A stretch of 58,615 nt of DNA from Vicinamibacteria bacterium (lineage in GTDB: Bacteria > Acidobacteriota > Vicinamibacteria > Vicinamibacterales > CAVVIG01), in contig JBGPHH010000001.1 of assembly GCA_041484265.1 (NCBI GenBank), positions 1 through 58,615 of the forward strand, given 5' to 3'. The notes beneath the pieces were generated by a model. It saw only the letters and a program-made list of their open reading frames with translations. It had not been told where the DNA came from and made no database searches. The number at the start of each line of letters is the position of its first letter. Within the stretch, counting starts at the first letter, position 1. Positions 34,594-45,558 of the stretch are shown here, in pieces. A program made the position numbers and the translations under genes.

Positions 34594-37500
34594 GTGCGCC
34601 GAATATTTCCCGTCGCGCTGGCCTTCCTGCTTTCCGCGCCACTCGCGAGCGCGCAAGTCATTAGCACCGTCGCTGGTGGCGGCCCCAACAACCTCCCCGC
34701 AACGGCGGCAAATCTGGGCTTTCCTTCTCGTCTCGTGTTGGACAGCGGTGGAAATATTTACGTTACCGCCGGACAGCGAGTCTTCAAGGTGGATACTTCC
34801 GGCACATTGACAGTGGTAGCTGGCATCGGCGTCTCTGGTTTCAGTGGCGATGGAGGTCCGGCGACGAATGCGAGCCTGAGCGGACCTTCCGATGTCGCCG
34901 TGGATGGGGCCGGCAATCTATTCATTGCTGATCGCGGCAACGGGCGCGTCCGCCGAGTGGATGCGGCCACCGGGATCATCAGCTCGATCGCCCCCTCCAT
35001 CGGCTCTCCAGGACAGTCGCCGACCGGAGTCGCGGTTCTGAGCGATGGAAGAGTCCTCTGGTCAGATTTTGTTGCCCATGTGATCCGCCGCTTGGATTCC
35101 CCACTGGTGGCCACAGTTGTCGCCGGCACAGCGGGATTAAGCGGGTTCTCAGGTGATGGGGGAGCCGCAACGGGCGCGACCCTCGCTAATCCGTTCGATG
35201 TTGCTGTTGACGCCCAAGACAATATCTTCATCGCCGATCTCAACAACCGCCGAATTCGGAAGGTCACTGCGGCGACTGGCCAGATCAGCACCGTGGCGGG
35301 AAACGGCACCTTCTGCAACACGTTTCTGTGCGGAGAGGGCGGCCTCGCCATCAATGCCGGGTCCGGCGCGAACAGTTTCCAAACCGCCACGGTCGATCCG
35401 TTCGGAAATATCTTCATCAGCGATCAAGGCAACAACGTGGTTCGGCGCGTTGACGGCGTCACAGGGATCATTACCACCGTGGCAGGCGTCTTTGGTGGCG
35501 GTTCCTTCTCGGGTGATGGAGCAAGGGCGAGCCTTGCGCACTTTAATATCCCGGTCGGCATGGCGTTCGATGCGGCCGGAAACCTGTATGTCGCGGACTC
35601 CAGTAACAACCGCGTCCGGCGCGTCACGCCCGGGGTCGACGGTAAGGTTACCGGGGCGGCCGACGAGATCATTTCGACCTTCGCAGGCAACGGGAGCGCG
35701 ACCTTCGGGGGCGACGGCTTCGCCGCTGTCGCGGCCAGTCTTGGTGGCCCTTTAGGTCCCGCAATAGACGGCGCAGGAAACATTTTTATTAGTGATTTCA
35801 CCAACCGTCGCATCCGGCGCGTGGACGCCGTCACGGGAATCATGACCACGTTCGCGGGCAACGGCGTGAGCGCGTTCGGCGGCGACAACGGGCCTGCCGC
35901 CGGTGCTTCATTTAATGGCCCACTCGGCCTGTCGTTCGACGCCGCGGGAAATCTCTTCGTGGCCGATAACAACAATCAACGCATCCGCCGCATCGACGGC
36001 GTGACTGGAACCATCACAACAGTTGCGGGAAGCGGCTCGTCTGGCTTTGCCGGAGACGGTGGGTCAGCCACAGATCCAGGGGTTGCGATGGGGTCTCCGC
36101 AGAAGGTGGTTGTGGACAGCGCTGGAAACATGTATTTCTCCGATTTCAGCAACAACCGCATTCGCAAAGTGGCCGGCGGCATCATCAGCACCTTCGCCGG
36201 AACCGGTTCAACCGCGTATAACGGAGACAACATCGCGGCCGCATCCGCGAACTTGAATGGCCCTGTCGGGATTGCCGTGGACAGTCCCGGTAACCTTTAT
36301 ATAGCGGAGCTTAACGGAGGCCGTGTCCGCAAAGTTGACACAACCGGAAAGATCACCACTGTAGCGGGAACCGGTGTGTTGGGGTTCTCGGGCGATGGTG
36401 GACCGGCCACCAGCGCTCGGCTGAATCCCTGGGATGTCGCCGTAGACAGCGCGGGCAACCTGTATATAGCCGAAAGCGCGAACAACCGCGTTCGTCGGGT
36501 GAACGCCGCCACAGGCGTCATCAACACGGTGGCCGGTACTGGCGGGCTCGGATTTCAGGGCGATGGCGGCCCGGCGGTCAGCGCGCTGCTTGCGAACCCG
36601 CGTGGCATCTTCGTGAGCCCATCTGGTGGCAATCTCTTCATAGCAGACACACTCAACAACCGCGTTCGGCGCGTCTCATTTGATTCCACACCGCCAGTGA
36701 TTACGCTCAGCGTGACCAGCACCCTGGGAAACAACGGCTGGTATACCAGTAATGTGACCGTCAACTGGACCGTGACTGATCCGGAATCGGCCGTCACGTC
36801 GCAGACCGGATGCGGCTCGAGCAGCGTGACCTCCGACACGACGGGCACGACATTTACGTGCACGGCCACTAGCGCCGGTGGCACGGCGTCGCAATCGGTG
36901 ACCATCAAGCGGGATGCGACCCAGCCAGACCTCACGGCGACGACAGTGCCTGGAAGTCCGGCTGCTTCCGGTTGGTACAACATCACGACCGGCACGCCGA
37001 CGATTACGTTCTTCTGTCAGGACGCGACGTCGGGTGTTGCCGGCACGTGTCCCGCGGCTGTCACACTCGGCGACGGTCAGAATCAGTCTCTGAGTCTGAC
37101 CGTTCATGATCAGGCGGGCAATGCCGCGTCACTGACGGTCGGTCCCCTGAACGTCGATCAGATAGCGCCGCTCATCGGAACCCATGGGGACGAAAACGCC
37201 GTGGCCGCGGGCGCGCCGAATGCGGTGGTCACCTACACGGCGCCTTTGGTGACAGACGCCACGAGCGGTCCGCAGCCGGCGTCGTGCCTGCCCGCATCGG
37301 GTAGTTCGTTCGCTGTGGGAGACACTACGGTCACTTGCAATGCCAGCGATGTCGCCGGCAATCCAGCTGTCTCGACGACCTTCGTCGTGCATGTCACGGA
37401 TGCGACGCCGCCGGTGATCACGGTGAATGTGACTGGCACAATCGGAAACAACGGCTGGTATACGAGCAACGTGTCGGTGAGTTGGACCGTGACGGATCCG

Positions 37501-39195
37501 GAATCCGCGGTCACCTCGACGACCGGGTGCACCACGAGCAACGTGACTGCCGACACGGGGGGCACGACGTTCACCTGCTCGGCGACGAGCAGTGGGGGCA
37601 CGGCGTCTCAGTCGGTCACCGTCAAGCGCGACGCCACGCCGCCAACGCTGACGAGCGCGACCACGCCGGCAAGCCCAGCCGCATCGGGCTGGTACAACAT
37701 CGCCACGGGCGCGCCGACGATCGCCTTTGTGTGCCAGGACAACCTGTCGGGCCTCGATGGTGCGTGCCCGGCGGGCGTGACCCTCGGTGACGGCGCCAAC
37801 CAATCAGTGTCGCGCACGATTCACGATCAGGCGGGCAATCCCGCGTCCGTCACCGTATCGAATCTCAAGGTCGACCTGACGCCGCCGACGATCACCGGCA
37901 CGACGACGCCGGGGAGCCCGGCTGCTTCGGGCTGGTACAACATTGCCACGGGCGCGCCGACGATCGCGTTCTCATGTCAGGATAGGACGTCGGGTGTCGC
38001 CGGCACGTGTCCCGCCGCCGTCACACTCGGCGATGGAGCAAACCAGTCCGTATCGCGAACCATTCAGGATCAGGCAGGCAACCCTGCGTCATCAACCGTA
38101 GGTCCCTTGAGTGTGGACATCGCCGCTCCAGCGATCGCCGCCCACGGCGACGAAACCGCTGAGGCGACGGGACCGTCTGGTGCCATCGTGGCGTACACGA
38201 TTCCATCCGTCTCCGACGCGACGAGTGGACCAGGCCCCGTGTCGTGTCTGCCCGCGTCAGGGACCCAGTTTGCGCTGGGCAACACGACGGTCATGTGCCA
38301 CGACAACGATGTCGCCGGCAATCCCGCGACTGCGGTCACCTTCGTGGTGCATGTGGTTGATACCATCGCGCCGGTGATCGTGTGTGGTTCAGCCGACGGG
38401 CTGTGGCATGCCTCGAATGTGAGCATTGCCTGCACCGCCTCGGACTGCGGCTCAGGTCTGGCCAATGGGGCAGATGCCAGCTTCTCGCTCGTCACCGTGG
38501 TCGCGAGTGGGACCGAGATGCCCAACGCACAAACCGGTACCCGCACTGTCTGCGATGTGGCCGGCCACTGTGCGGTCGCGGGTCCCATCGGGGGGAACAA
38601 AGTAGACAGGAAAGGGCCGTCGATCACTTTTGCGACTCCCCCGAATGGCGCCATTTACGTGATCAATCAAGCCGTCGCCGCGAGCTATTCGTGCAACGAC
38701 GCCGGTTCCGGCATGGGTTCGTGTGCGGGGACGTTGGTGAGCGGTGCGAACATCAACACAGCCACGGTCGGCAGCAAGACCTTCACCGTGACGGCGACCG
38801 ACGCGGCAGGCAACTCCGTTTCGGAAACGCACACCTACACGGTGCAGTACACCTTCGTCGGTTTCCTGCAACCCACCGACAATCTGCCGGTGATCAACGT
38901 GGCAAGCGGGGGGCGGACCATCCCGGTGAAATGGCAGCTGACGAATGCTAGCGGCGTCCAGGTCACCGATCTCGCATCGTTGGTCTCGCTGCTTTCGGCG
39001 CCAATCGCCTGCGACGCGTCGCCGAGCGACATCGTCGAGGAACAGCTGACCTCGCCGGGCTCAACGGTGTTTCGCTACGACGGAACCCAATTCATCTTCA
39101 ACTGGCAGACGACCAAGGGCTGGAGCGGCTGCCGGCTGCTGCAGGTACAACTGGCCGACGGCACCTCTCACTACGCGAAGTTCAACTTCAAGTAA
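34594..39195 (+). CDS. Giant surface protein: NHL-repeat beta-propellers followed by HYR/Ig-like modules
   Basis: Many NHL units (GNLYVADSSNNRVRRV, GNLFVADNNNQRIRRI). C-terminal HYR-like units (VTYTAPLVTDATSGPQPASCLPASGSSFAVGDTTVTCNASDVAGN). Confidence 0.85.
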   Translation: MRRIFPVALAFLLSAPLASAQVISTVAGGGPNNLPATAANLGFPSRLVLDSGGNIYVTAGQRVFKVDTSGTLTVVAGIGVSGFSGDGGPATNASLSGPSDVAVDGAGNLFIADRGNGRVRRVDAATGIISSIAPSIGSPGQSPTGVAVLSDGRVLWSDFVAHVIRRLDSPLVATVVAGTAGLSGFSGDGGAATGATLANPFDVAVDAQDNIFIADLNNRRIRKVTAATGQISTVAGNGTFCNTFLCGEGGLAINAGSGANSFQTATVDPFGNIFISDQGNNVVRRVDGVTGIITTVAGVFGGGSFSGDGARASLAHFNIPVGMAFDAAGNLYVADSSNNRVRRVTPGVDGKVTGAADEIISTFAGNGSATFGGDGFAAVAASLGGPLGPAIDGAGNIFISDFTNRRIRRVDAVTGIMTTFAGNGVSAFGGDNGPAAGASFNGPLGLSFDAAGNLFVADNNNQRIRRIDGVTGTITTVAGSGSSGFAGDGGSATDPGVAMGSPQKVVVDSAGNMYFSDFSNNRIRKVAGGIISTFAGTGSTAYNGDNIAAASANLNGPVGIAVDSPGNLYIAELNGGRVRKVDTTGKITTVAGTGVLGFSGDGGPATSARLNPWDVAVDSAGNLYIAESANNRVRRVNAATGVINTVAGTGGLGFQGDGGPAVSALLANPRGIFVSPSGGNLFIADTLNNRVRRVSFDSTPPVITLSVTSTLGNNGWYTSNVTVNWTVTDPESAVTSQTGCGSSSVTSDTTGTTFTCTATSAGGTASQSVTIKRDATQPDLTATTVPGSPAASGWYNITTGTPTITFFCQDATSGVAGTCPAAVTLGDGQNQSLSLTVHDQAGNAASLTVGPLNVDQIAPLIGTHGDENAVAAGAPNAVVTYTAPLVTDATSGPQPASCLPASGSSFAVGDTTVTCNASDVAGNPAVSTTFVVHVTDATPPVITVNVTGTIGNNGWYTSNVSVSWTVTDPESAVTSTTGCTTSNVTADTGGTTFTCSATSSGGTASQSVTVKRDATPPTLTSATTPASPAASGWYNIATGAPTIAFVCQDNLSGLDGACPAGVTLGDGANQSVSRTIHDQAGNPASVTVSNLKVDLTPPTITGTTTPGSPAASGWYNIATGAPTIAFSCQDRTSGVAGTCPAAVTLGDGANQSVSRTIQDQAGNPASSTVGPLSVDIAAPAIAAHGDETAEATGPSGAIVAYTIPSVSDATSGPGPVSCLPASGTQFALGNTTVMCHDNDVAGNPATAVTFVVHVVDTIAPVIVCGSADGLWHASNVSIACTASDCGSGLANGADASFSLVTVVASGTEMPNAQTGTRTVCDVAGHCAVAGPIGGNKVDRKGPSITFATPPNGAIYVINQAVAASYSCNDAGSGMGSCAGTLVSGANINTATVGSKTFTVTATDAAGNSVSETHTYTVQYTFVGFLQPTDNLPVINVASGGRTIPVKWQLTNASGVQVTDLASLVSLLSAPIACDASPSDIVEEQLTSPGSTVFRYDGTQFIFNWQTTKGWSGCRLLQVQLADGTSHYAKFNFK

Positions 39196-39212
39196 TCGAA
39201 ACGACTGATGAC

Positions 39213-39242
39213 CACCGGAGGTCCAATTGAGGGCCTCCGGTG
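39213..39242 (+). terminator. Stem-loop after the NHL gene (no U-tract)
   Basis: CACCGGAGGTCC-AATTGA-GGGCCTCCGGTG, a 12 bp stem including one G-U pair. Confidence 0.35.
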
Positions 39243-39254
39243 TCTAACGTGCCG

Positions 39255-40823
39255 ATGCGTGGCCCGTGGGCCATCCTCCTGCTCACCGCCCTGGCCGGGC
39301 TGACTGCCTGCTCCCCGGCCAAGCCGGCTGTCGTCGCGCCGAAAACACCGGACCGTGTGGATAGCCGGGCCCCCGAACGGCTCGCCGAGGCTGATGCGCT
39401 CGTCCGCGCCGGCTGTCTCGACTGTCTTGTATCCGCGTTCAACACCTACGACTCACTGCGAACCGTCCCTCAGGTCGCCGGCGTCGCTACCGAACGGGCG
39501 ACTCGGACGGCGGTGCTGGCAGGGCTCCGCGAACGGGAGCTCGGGATTGAGGAGAGCGGCTATTTCGAGCGAGCGCGGCAGCTGGCGGCCGCCGCTGAGT
39601 CGCTGAACGAGATCATCGACCCCATCCTCGAGATTGCCGAGACGATGCCCTCGCGGACGGCTGGAGGTTCGCCGGCCTCTGGCGACCTGCCATTGAACCG
39701 CAGGCTGCTCGCCAGCAGGAATCGTGACGCGTGGCCGGCACGGCTCCACCCGCAGATCGGCGACGATCCGTTGTCGGCGTATCTCTGGCTCGGGTTCAAT
39801 TGCGCGTACAACACGCCGACGCGGCAGGCCGCCAGCGGGTGGGTGGCGGAACTGGCCGCGTGGCGCGATGTGCCGCTGATCGATCTGGAGCGCGCGACGT
39901 GCGGCATCCTGGACGCGGTGACCCTCGACCGCTTGATGCAGGGCGACGACCGTTTCGTCGAGGTCCACTACTACCTTTCCTTGACCTCGACGCTCACCGG
40001 TAAGCTCGATGACGCCGTCGACCATCTGCAGCGGGCGTACGCGTGGCGACCGCGCTGGCCGGTCGTGACCAATGCCCTGGCGAATCTCTATCTCTCGGTT
40101 GAAGAATTCGAGTCCGCCGCCGACTTCTACGATCGCACCCTCGCGATCGAGGCAGGCGAGCCGGACGCGCTGCTCGGGAAGATTCGCGCGCTCTTCTACC
40201 TGGGACGCTACACGAGCGCGATCGCCGCGACCGACGATCTCATCGCACTGGGTCGGTGGCACATAGGCGAGGCGCGCTATTGGCGGGCGTTCGCCGAACT
40301 GCAGCTGGAGCAGTACGACGCCGCGTGGGCCGATGTCGAGGCGGCCGCCAAGCTGTGGATCCAGGCCCCCGTATCGAAGCTGGCGGGCATCATCGCGTAT
40401 CGCCGAAGGGAAACCGAGGTGGCACGCGCGAAATTCGACGAGTCGCGTGCGCTCGATCGCGGCGATTGCGAGACCCAGTTCTATCTGGGCGGCGTGCTCG
40501 GCGAGCTCAGTCAGTGGACGCAAGCCGAGGCGGTGTTGATGGAAGCTGGCCCGTGCTTCGAACGGGCCGAGCGAGCCCTCGTCGTGGACATCGACAGAAT
40601 TCGGAAGTCGGACATGCCGGCGGATCGCCGGGAGCGCCAGATCGCATCACGCGAGCAACAGATCGCCTCGGGCCGCCGCATGATGGCGACGACGTGGTTC
40701 AACCTGGCGGCGGCCTGCTACAACTTGTCTCGAAAAGACGCTGCGCGACAGTGGGCGGAGAAAGTCGCGACCGACGAAGAGTTCGGTGCGCGCGCACGCG
40801 ACCTGCTGTCGAGGCTCAAGTAG
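39255..40823 (+). CDS. TPR-repeat lipoprotein
   Basis: MRGPWAILLLTALAGLTACSP lipobox. TPR-like helices throughout. The ATG at 39255 is preferred because the GTG at 39240 lies in the hairpin. Confidence 0.7.
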   Translation: MRGPWAILLLTALAGLTACSPAKPAVVAPKTPDRVDSRAPERLAEADALVRAGCLDCLVSAFNTYDSLRTVPQVAGVATERATRTAVLAGLRERELGIEESGYFERARQLAAAAESLNEIIDPILEIAETMPSRTAGGSPASGDLPLNRRLLASRNRDAWPARLHPQIGDDPLSAYLWLGFNCAYNTPTRQAASGWVAELAAWRDVPLIDLERATCGILDAVTLDRLMQGDDRFVEVHYYLSLTSTLTGKLDDAVDHLQRAYAWRPRWPVVTNALANLYLSVEEFESAADFYDRTLAIEAGEPDALLGKIRALFYLGRYTSAIAATDDLIALGRWHIGEARYWRAFAELQLEQYDAAWADVEAAAKLWIQAPVSKLAGIIAYRRRETEVARAKFDESRALDRGDCETQFYLGGVLGELSQWTQAEAVLMEAGPCFERAERALVVDIDRIRKSDMPADRRERQIASREQQIASGRRMMATTWFNLAAACYNLSRKDAARQWAEKVATDEEFGARARDLLSRLK

Positions 40824-40828
40824 GAACT

Positions 40829-42745
40829 CTACAAGCCGAGGATCTTCCTGGCGGTCGCGTTGTCGGGGTTGCCTCGGAGGACGCGCTCCAGGCAGGTTCT
40901 GGCCTTGGCGTCCTGGCCGGACTGGTAATACATCACGCCCATATTGAAATAGAAATCGTCGTACGCCGCCTGGCTCCGCTTGAGGCACTCGAGAAAAAGA
41001 GTCTCCGCGACCTGGAAGTCTCCGCGGTACCAAAAGAAGAGCGCCATCACCTGAAGTCCGTTTGGATGGATGGCCGGCCTGAAAAAACCGTCGGCTATGC
41101 GGTGCCAGGTTGGGGGAGCCGGTTCCTGCAGCATCGCCAGCGCGCTCGGACTCGCTTCTCTGGACAGCGTCATGTCCGCCAGCAACCGGTCGACATCGAG
41201 TGTCGGCACCTGCGGCGCGTAGTCCCTCCGCAAGAAGACACACGCCGATTCGTCGAGGAACACCGGGCGCCAATCCGGCATCTTGTTGAGGTCGGTCACC
41301 CATTGACGGGCGGTCGCGGGACTGAAGAACAGAATGTCTGGTTGGTACTTGGCGATGGTCCGTTCGAGTCCGCCAGGGCTCAGAGACGACAGACTCTCGA
41401 CGTAGAGCTCCTCGCCCATGACCTCCGTTCGTCCGTCGATGAATACCTGTCCCGGGCGCGTCCAATCCAGCCAGCCGCCGGTGTTCACTTGATTGAGAAT
41501 CCGCCCATCCAAATGGTTTTGGACCAGGAACTCGGCGGCGTGGACGGGCTGAGTCTCGCGGTCGAGCCCGACGCCAAAACGGTCCAATCGTGCTTCCAAC
41601 ACGTACTGAGCGCTGGTGATCGTTCGCGACGCCATGCCCAGCATCACAAGAGTCAACGCCCAGCCGGCGGCCGGCCTGGACAGGGTGCGGGCTTGCAGCT
41701 GCCTGAACCAGCCCCAATTCACGTCCTTCCAACTGGCGGCGGCGATAGGGAGAGTGGCGATGACGAACAGGGGAATGTTTCTGAGGGCGGTGGCCGACAG
41801 ATAAAACAGCACACCGGCGAGAAGGAACTCGTGGACCTTCCTCTTCTTCAGTGTGGAGACGAAAAAGAAGAGGAGAAGAACGCAATACAACTGATAGGAA
41901 TAAATCGTCAGCGCAGGATAGGTGAACCGGCCTCCCATTGACCAGGGAGATTGAAACTCGGCAATCGTTTGCTTGAACGGGCTCGCGGCGTCGAGCGTGG
42001 CGAGATAGGTGAATGGCAGCAGCGCCCCACGGATGAAGTACGGATTGATGAGTGACGAGGCGATCGCCGCCGTCGAGTAGCGCCACAGGGTCTTGTCGAG
42101 CTTGGCGGAATGGACCAGATCGGCGACCAAATAGAATCCCATTACCCCCCAGCCGATCCCGAACAGCCCTTCACAGTTGGTCCAAATCACCTGAATGACG
42201 GGAAGCAGGAAGAGGACGTTGCGGCCGTGGCTGCGCCGCAGCTCGAGGACCAGGAGCATGAGCGACATGAACAGCCAGCTGAGGATCTCGGGCCTCATAT
42301 GGAAACGCACTTCGCTGGCCAGGATCGCCAGCAAGAGGAGAGGTGCGCACGTCCACAAGGGAGCGCCGGTCATCTGCAGGCGCTTCTGGGTCACGGCAAA
42401 CACGGCCCCGATCAGGGCAATGTTGAGAACGGAAAGGGAGACGTATCCGCCTGCGCGGTAGGTCGTATAGATCAGGACTTGATACAGCCAATGCAGATCC
42501 AGGTAATCGGCGGTCGAACGCGTGTAGGTGTAAACGTCCCGTGACAGGAAGGCGCGGTGCTCGAGAATCCACTGGCCGCCTCTGAGGTGATAGCCCAGAT
42601 CGGTATCGCCGAGGTAACGCGTAGCGAGAAGCGCTAAGAGCACGAAGCCTGAGACCAGGGCGACAACCCACGCATTGGTGCCTGCTGGTGGCGGGATCTC
42701 GGCCGCCTTCCCGTGGCTGGGGGGCGGTGTTCGACGCTTCTTCAT
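40829..42745 (-). CDS. Multi-pass membrane protein with C-terminal TPR (possibly GT-C-type glycosyltransferase-like)
   Basis: >10 hydrophobic segments. C-terminus FYFNMGVMYYQSGQDAKARTCLERVLRGNPDN. Confidence 0.6.
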   Translation of the reverse strand: MKKRRTPPPSHGKAAEIPPPAGTNAWVVALVSGFVLLALLATRYLGDTDLGYHLRGGQWILEHRAFLSRDVYTYTRSTADYLDLHWLYQVLIYTTYRAGGYVSLSVLNIALIGAVFAVTQKRLQMTGAPLWTCAPLLLLAILASEVRFHMRPEILSWLFMSLMLLVLELRRSHGRNVLFLLPVIQVIWTNCEGLFGIGWGVMGFYLVADLVHSAKLDKTLWRYSTAAIASSLINPYFIRGALLPFTYLATLDAASPFKQTIAEFQSPWSMGGRFTYPALTIYSYQLYCVLLLFFFVSTLKKRKVHEFLLAGVLFYLSATALRNIPLFVIATLPIAAASWKDVNWGWFRQLQARTLSRPAAGWALTLVMLGMASRTITSAQYVLEARLDRFGVGLDRETQPVHAAEFLVQNHLDGRILNQVNTGGWLDWTRPGQVFIDGRTEVMGEELYVESLSSLSPGGLERTIAKYQPDILFFSPATARQWVTDLNKMPDWRPVFLDESACVFLRRDYAPQVPTLDVDRLLADMTLSREASPSALAMLQEPAPPTWHRIADGFFRPAIHPNGLQVMALFFWYRGDFQVAETLFLECLKRSQAAYDDFYFNMGVMYYQSGQDAKARTCLERVLRGNPDNATARKILGL

Positions 42746-42812
42746 GAGCCTCGGGAGAGTCTACAGGTTGTTCGCCTCCCACACGTACGTTGTGTCCGGC
42801 TTCAGCCGGACC

Positions 42813-45191
42813 TCAATCAACCCGTAGCAGCGCCGCCGGCTCGATCCTGAGCGCCCGTCGCGACGGGATCCACATTGCCAACAGGCCGACACCTGTCAAG
42901 ATGAGGGCTGGAAGCACGAAGGCCGGCCACGACGGGGTGTCGTAGATCGAGCCGGCGCCACCCGAGGCTCGCACGACGCGGCTGAGTGCGAAGGTGGCGC
43001 CAGTGCCCAGGAGCGATCCCATGGCGATCAGGCGGAAGGTCAGCGTGGCCACGATCCGAGCAATGTCTCGTCGCGTCGCGCCCATGGCGACGCGCACGGC
43101 CAGCTCTTTCGATCGGCGTGCGACGGCAAAGGCGAGCACCGCGTAGACACCCACGCTCGTCAGCGCGATGCCGACCGCGATCAGGGGCAGGAGCGGAGCG
43201 GTTCCAGCCAGCGTCTCCTGCGCGCCAATCGCCAGGATCTCGTCCACATTGGTTGTGCGGGCGACAACCGTTCCGCGCCCGACCCGAGGAATGTCTCGAC
43301 GCAGGCCGACGACGAGCGGCCCCATGGCTGTCGGCGTCCGGACGACGAACACCAGACGCGTCGCGGCGCCCCCATTTGCGGCGAGCGGGAGGTACATGGC
43401 TGGTGCCGGGCGCGAGAGCGGAAACGGGAGATAGTCAGCGACCACACCCACCACCTCATAGCCCGTCCGATCCAGCCAGAGATGAGCGCCGATAGGATTC
43501 TGTCCGGTCAGGAGCCGGCTGGCCAGCGACTCGTTGACGATGGCGACGGTCGGCGCGGTCGATCGGTCATCGTCCACGAAAGCGCGACCGGCACGCATGC
43601 GCACGCCGAGCGTTTCAAAGAAGCGGGGGCTCACGAGCGACCGGGCCGCCCTCACCGCATTGGCGCCGCCGGCGTCAAGCGCCACCGGGGCCGCCGGCAG
43701 CGTCAAGCCTGCGCCAAACGGCGCGGACGAAGCCGCGGCCGCCGTGGTGATGTCGGGATTGCTGGTGAGAGACGCCAGAATCGGTTCGGCGGGGACGCCT
43801 TCAGGATTCTCGACGGTGACGACGAGCAGGGAATGAGTCGGATACCCGAGGTCGGAGGACAACTGGCGACGATATCCGTCGATCATGGCGCCGGCCACGA
43901 CGAGCAGCGCCACGGTCGCCGTGATTTCGGTGATGACCAGCGCGTGACGCCAGCGTTGACGCGTGCGCTCGGAGGCGACGGCCCTGAGCGGATTGGCTTG
44001 AAGCCGGCGGGTTTCGTACACCGCCGGCGCCAGCCCGGCGAGCAATCCGGTCAGGAAGGTCAGGGCGACCGACCCCACGATGACGCCCGAGTGAATCGAG
44101 GTATCGAACATGCGCGTCAACGGCCCGGAGTGGTAACGAATAAAGGCGCTGATGGCCATCGTCGCGCACAAGCCGAGCAGGCCACCGGTCGTGGCGATGA
44201 CCACGGATTCGGTGAGCAGCGTCCGGACAAGACGTCCGCGGCTCGACCCGAGCGACGTGCGGATCGCAAACTCGTGCTCGCGCGCCGTCCACTGCGCAAT
44301 GAGGAGGACCGCGACGTTCGCGCAGCAGATGAGCCACGTCAGCAAGACGCAGCCGGCAAATAGAAAAGGCGTGACCAACGCGACCTGATGGCTGATCGGT
44401 GTACCGCCGACGCCTTCAACACTCACGCGAATCGCGCGATCCGTCTGATGAAGCGTCCGTACGTACTCGGCAAGGCCTGGGCCGAGCGACACTTCCAGAC
44501 CGGACTCAGAGACTCCGCCTGGACGCCGGACGACGACCTCGAGGGTGTTGTCGGCTGGAAGGGCGTTGATGTCGAGCGCGGTCCAGACAAAGGCGTCGAT
44601 GCTCATGAACCAGAATCGCTCCGGCATCACGCCGGCGACGATGTACGGCCGATCGGTGATCCAGACTGTCTGTCCGATCGCATCCGGGCGCTCGTCGAAC
44701 AGGAGTTCCCAGACCCGGTGTGAGAGCACGACCGAAGAGGCATCGCCACTCGAGAGCTGGTCGAACGTCCGGCCGACAGCTGCCTGCACGCCGAGGACTG
44801 AAAAGAGATTCGGTGTGACGGCCTGAACACTCAGCGTCTCGGTTCGATCGCCCGCGCGCACGTCGTCTCGACGGCTGGGCCGAACCCCCGCCCACTGCTG
44901 ACCGGTATTGGGCGTCTCGGTCCACGCTCTGTACAAGTCGAGAGGAACGGGGCGTGGTGGGCCGCCGTCGTGGGTCTGGACGAACGAGAGCTGTTCCGGC
45001 TGGCGATAGAGGGGCGGTGGGTTTCTGAAGATCGTGTCGCGGATGGCGAGCGCGGCGCTCGCGATGCCGATGCCAGCGGCCAGCGACAACACGGCCACCG
45101 TGGCGGCCACGGGATAGCGCGTGAGGCTCCGTACGGCGGCTCGAAGATCCTGCGTCAGCTGATCCAGCCATGGCCCGGAGAGAATTGTCAT
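42813..45191 (-). CDS. ADOP-family duplicated FtsX/MacB-type ABC permease
   Basis: LTQDLRAAVRSLTRYPVAATVAVLSLAAGIGIASA N-terminus and two FtsX-like 4-TM halves. ~790 aa is typical of TIGR03434 (from memory). Confidence 0.8.
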   Translation of the reverse strand: MTILSGPWLDQLTQDLRAAVRSLTRYPVAATVAVLSLAAGIGIASAALAIRDTIFRNPPPLYRQPEQLSFVQTHDGGPPRPVPLDLYRAWTETPNTGQQWAGVRPSRRDDVRAGDRTETLSVQAVTPNLFSVLGVQAAVGRTFDQLSSGDASSVVLSHRVWELLFDERPDAIGQTVWITDRPYIVAGVMPERFWFMSIDAFVWTALDINALPADNTLEVVVRRPGGVSESGLEVSLGPGLAEYVRTLHQTDRAIRVSVEGVGGTPISHQVALVTPFLFAGCVLLTWLICCANVAVLLIAQWTAREHEFAIRTSLGSSRGRLVRTLLTESVVIATTGGLLGLCATMAISAFIRYHSGPLTRMFDTSIHSGVIVGSVALTFLTGLLAGLAPAVYETRRLQANPLRAVASERTRQRWRHALVITEITATVALLVVAGAMIDGYRRQLSSDLGYPTHSLLVVTVENPEGVPAEPILASLTSNPDITTAAAASSAPFGAGLTLPAAPVALDAGGANAVRAARSLVSPRFFETLGVRMRAGRAFVDDDRSTAPTVAIVNESLASRLLTGQNPIGAHLWLDRTGYEVVGVVADYLPFPLSRPAPAMYLPLAANGGAATRLVFVVRTPTAMGPLVVGLRRDIPRVGRGTVVARTTNVDEILAIGAQETLAGTAPLLPLIAVGIALTSVGVYAVLAFAVARRSKELAVRVAMGATRRDIARIVATLTFRLIAMGSLLGTGATFALSRVVRASGGAGSIYDTPSWPAFVLPALILTGVGLLAMWIPSRRALRIEPAALLRVD

Positions 45192-45237
45192 TGACAGAGG
45201 ATTCTATAATTAGCTAATGTGCTAATCAACTAAGAAT

Positions 45238-45546
45238 ATGGCGACCACCGATGCGGTCTTCCGGGCCCTCGCGGATGAGACCCGACGGGGCATTTTGAAG
45301 ATGCTGCGGAGCGGGCCGCGGACCTCGGGTGAAATTGCGGATCGTTTCGACTCCAGCTGGCCGACGATTTCACGGCACCTGGCCGTTCTGCGCGATGCCG
45401 GGCTCGTGACCACCGAGCGGAAAGGGCAGGAGATTCACTACGAACTGAACACCACGGTGTTCGAAGATGTGGTGCAGCATCTGATGGGTTGGATCAAGCC
45501 CAGGCTGGCGAGTGGCAAGGCGCGCCCGAGGGGCCAAGAGATATAG
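45238..45546 (+). CDS. ArsR/SmtB-family transcriptional regulator
   Basis: FRALADETRRGILKMLRSGPRTSGEIADRFDSSWPTISRHLAVLRDAGLV. Confidence 0.85.
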   Translation: MATTDAVFRALADETRRGILKMLRSGPRTSGEIADRFDSSWPTISRHLAVLRDAGLVTTERKGQEIHYELNTTVFEDVVQHLMGWIKPRLASGKARPRGQEI

Positions 45547-45558
45547 AGGAGGTGTGAG

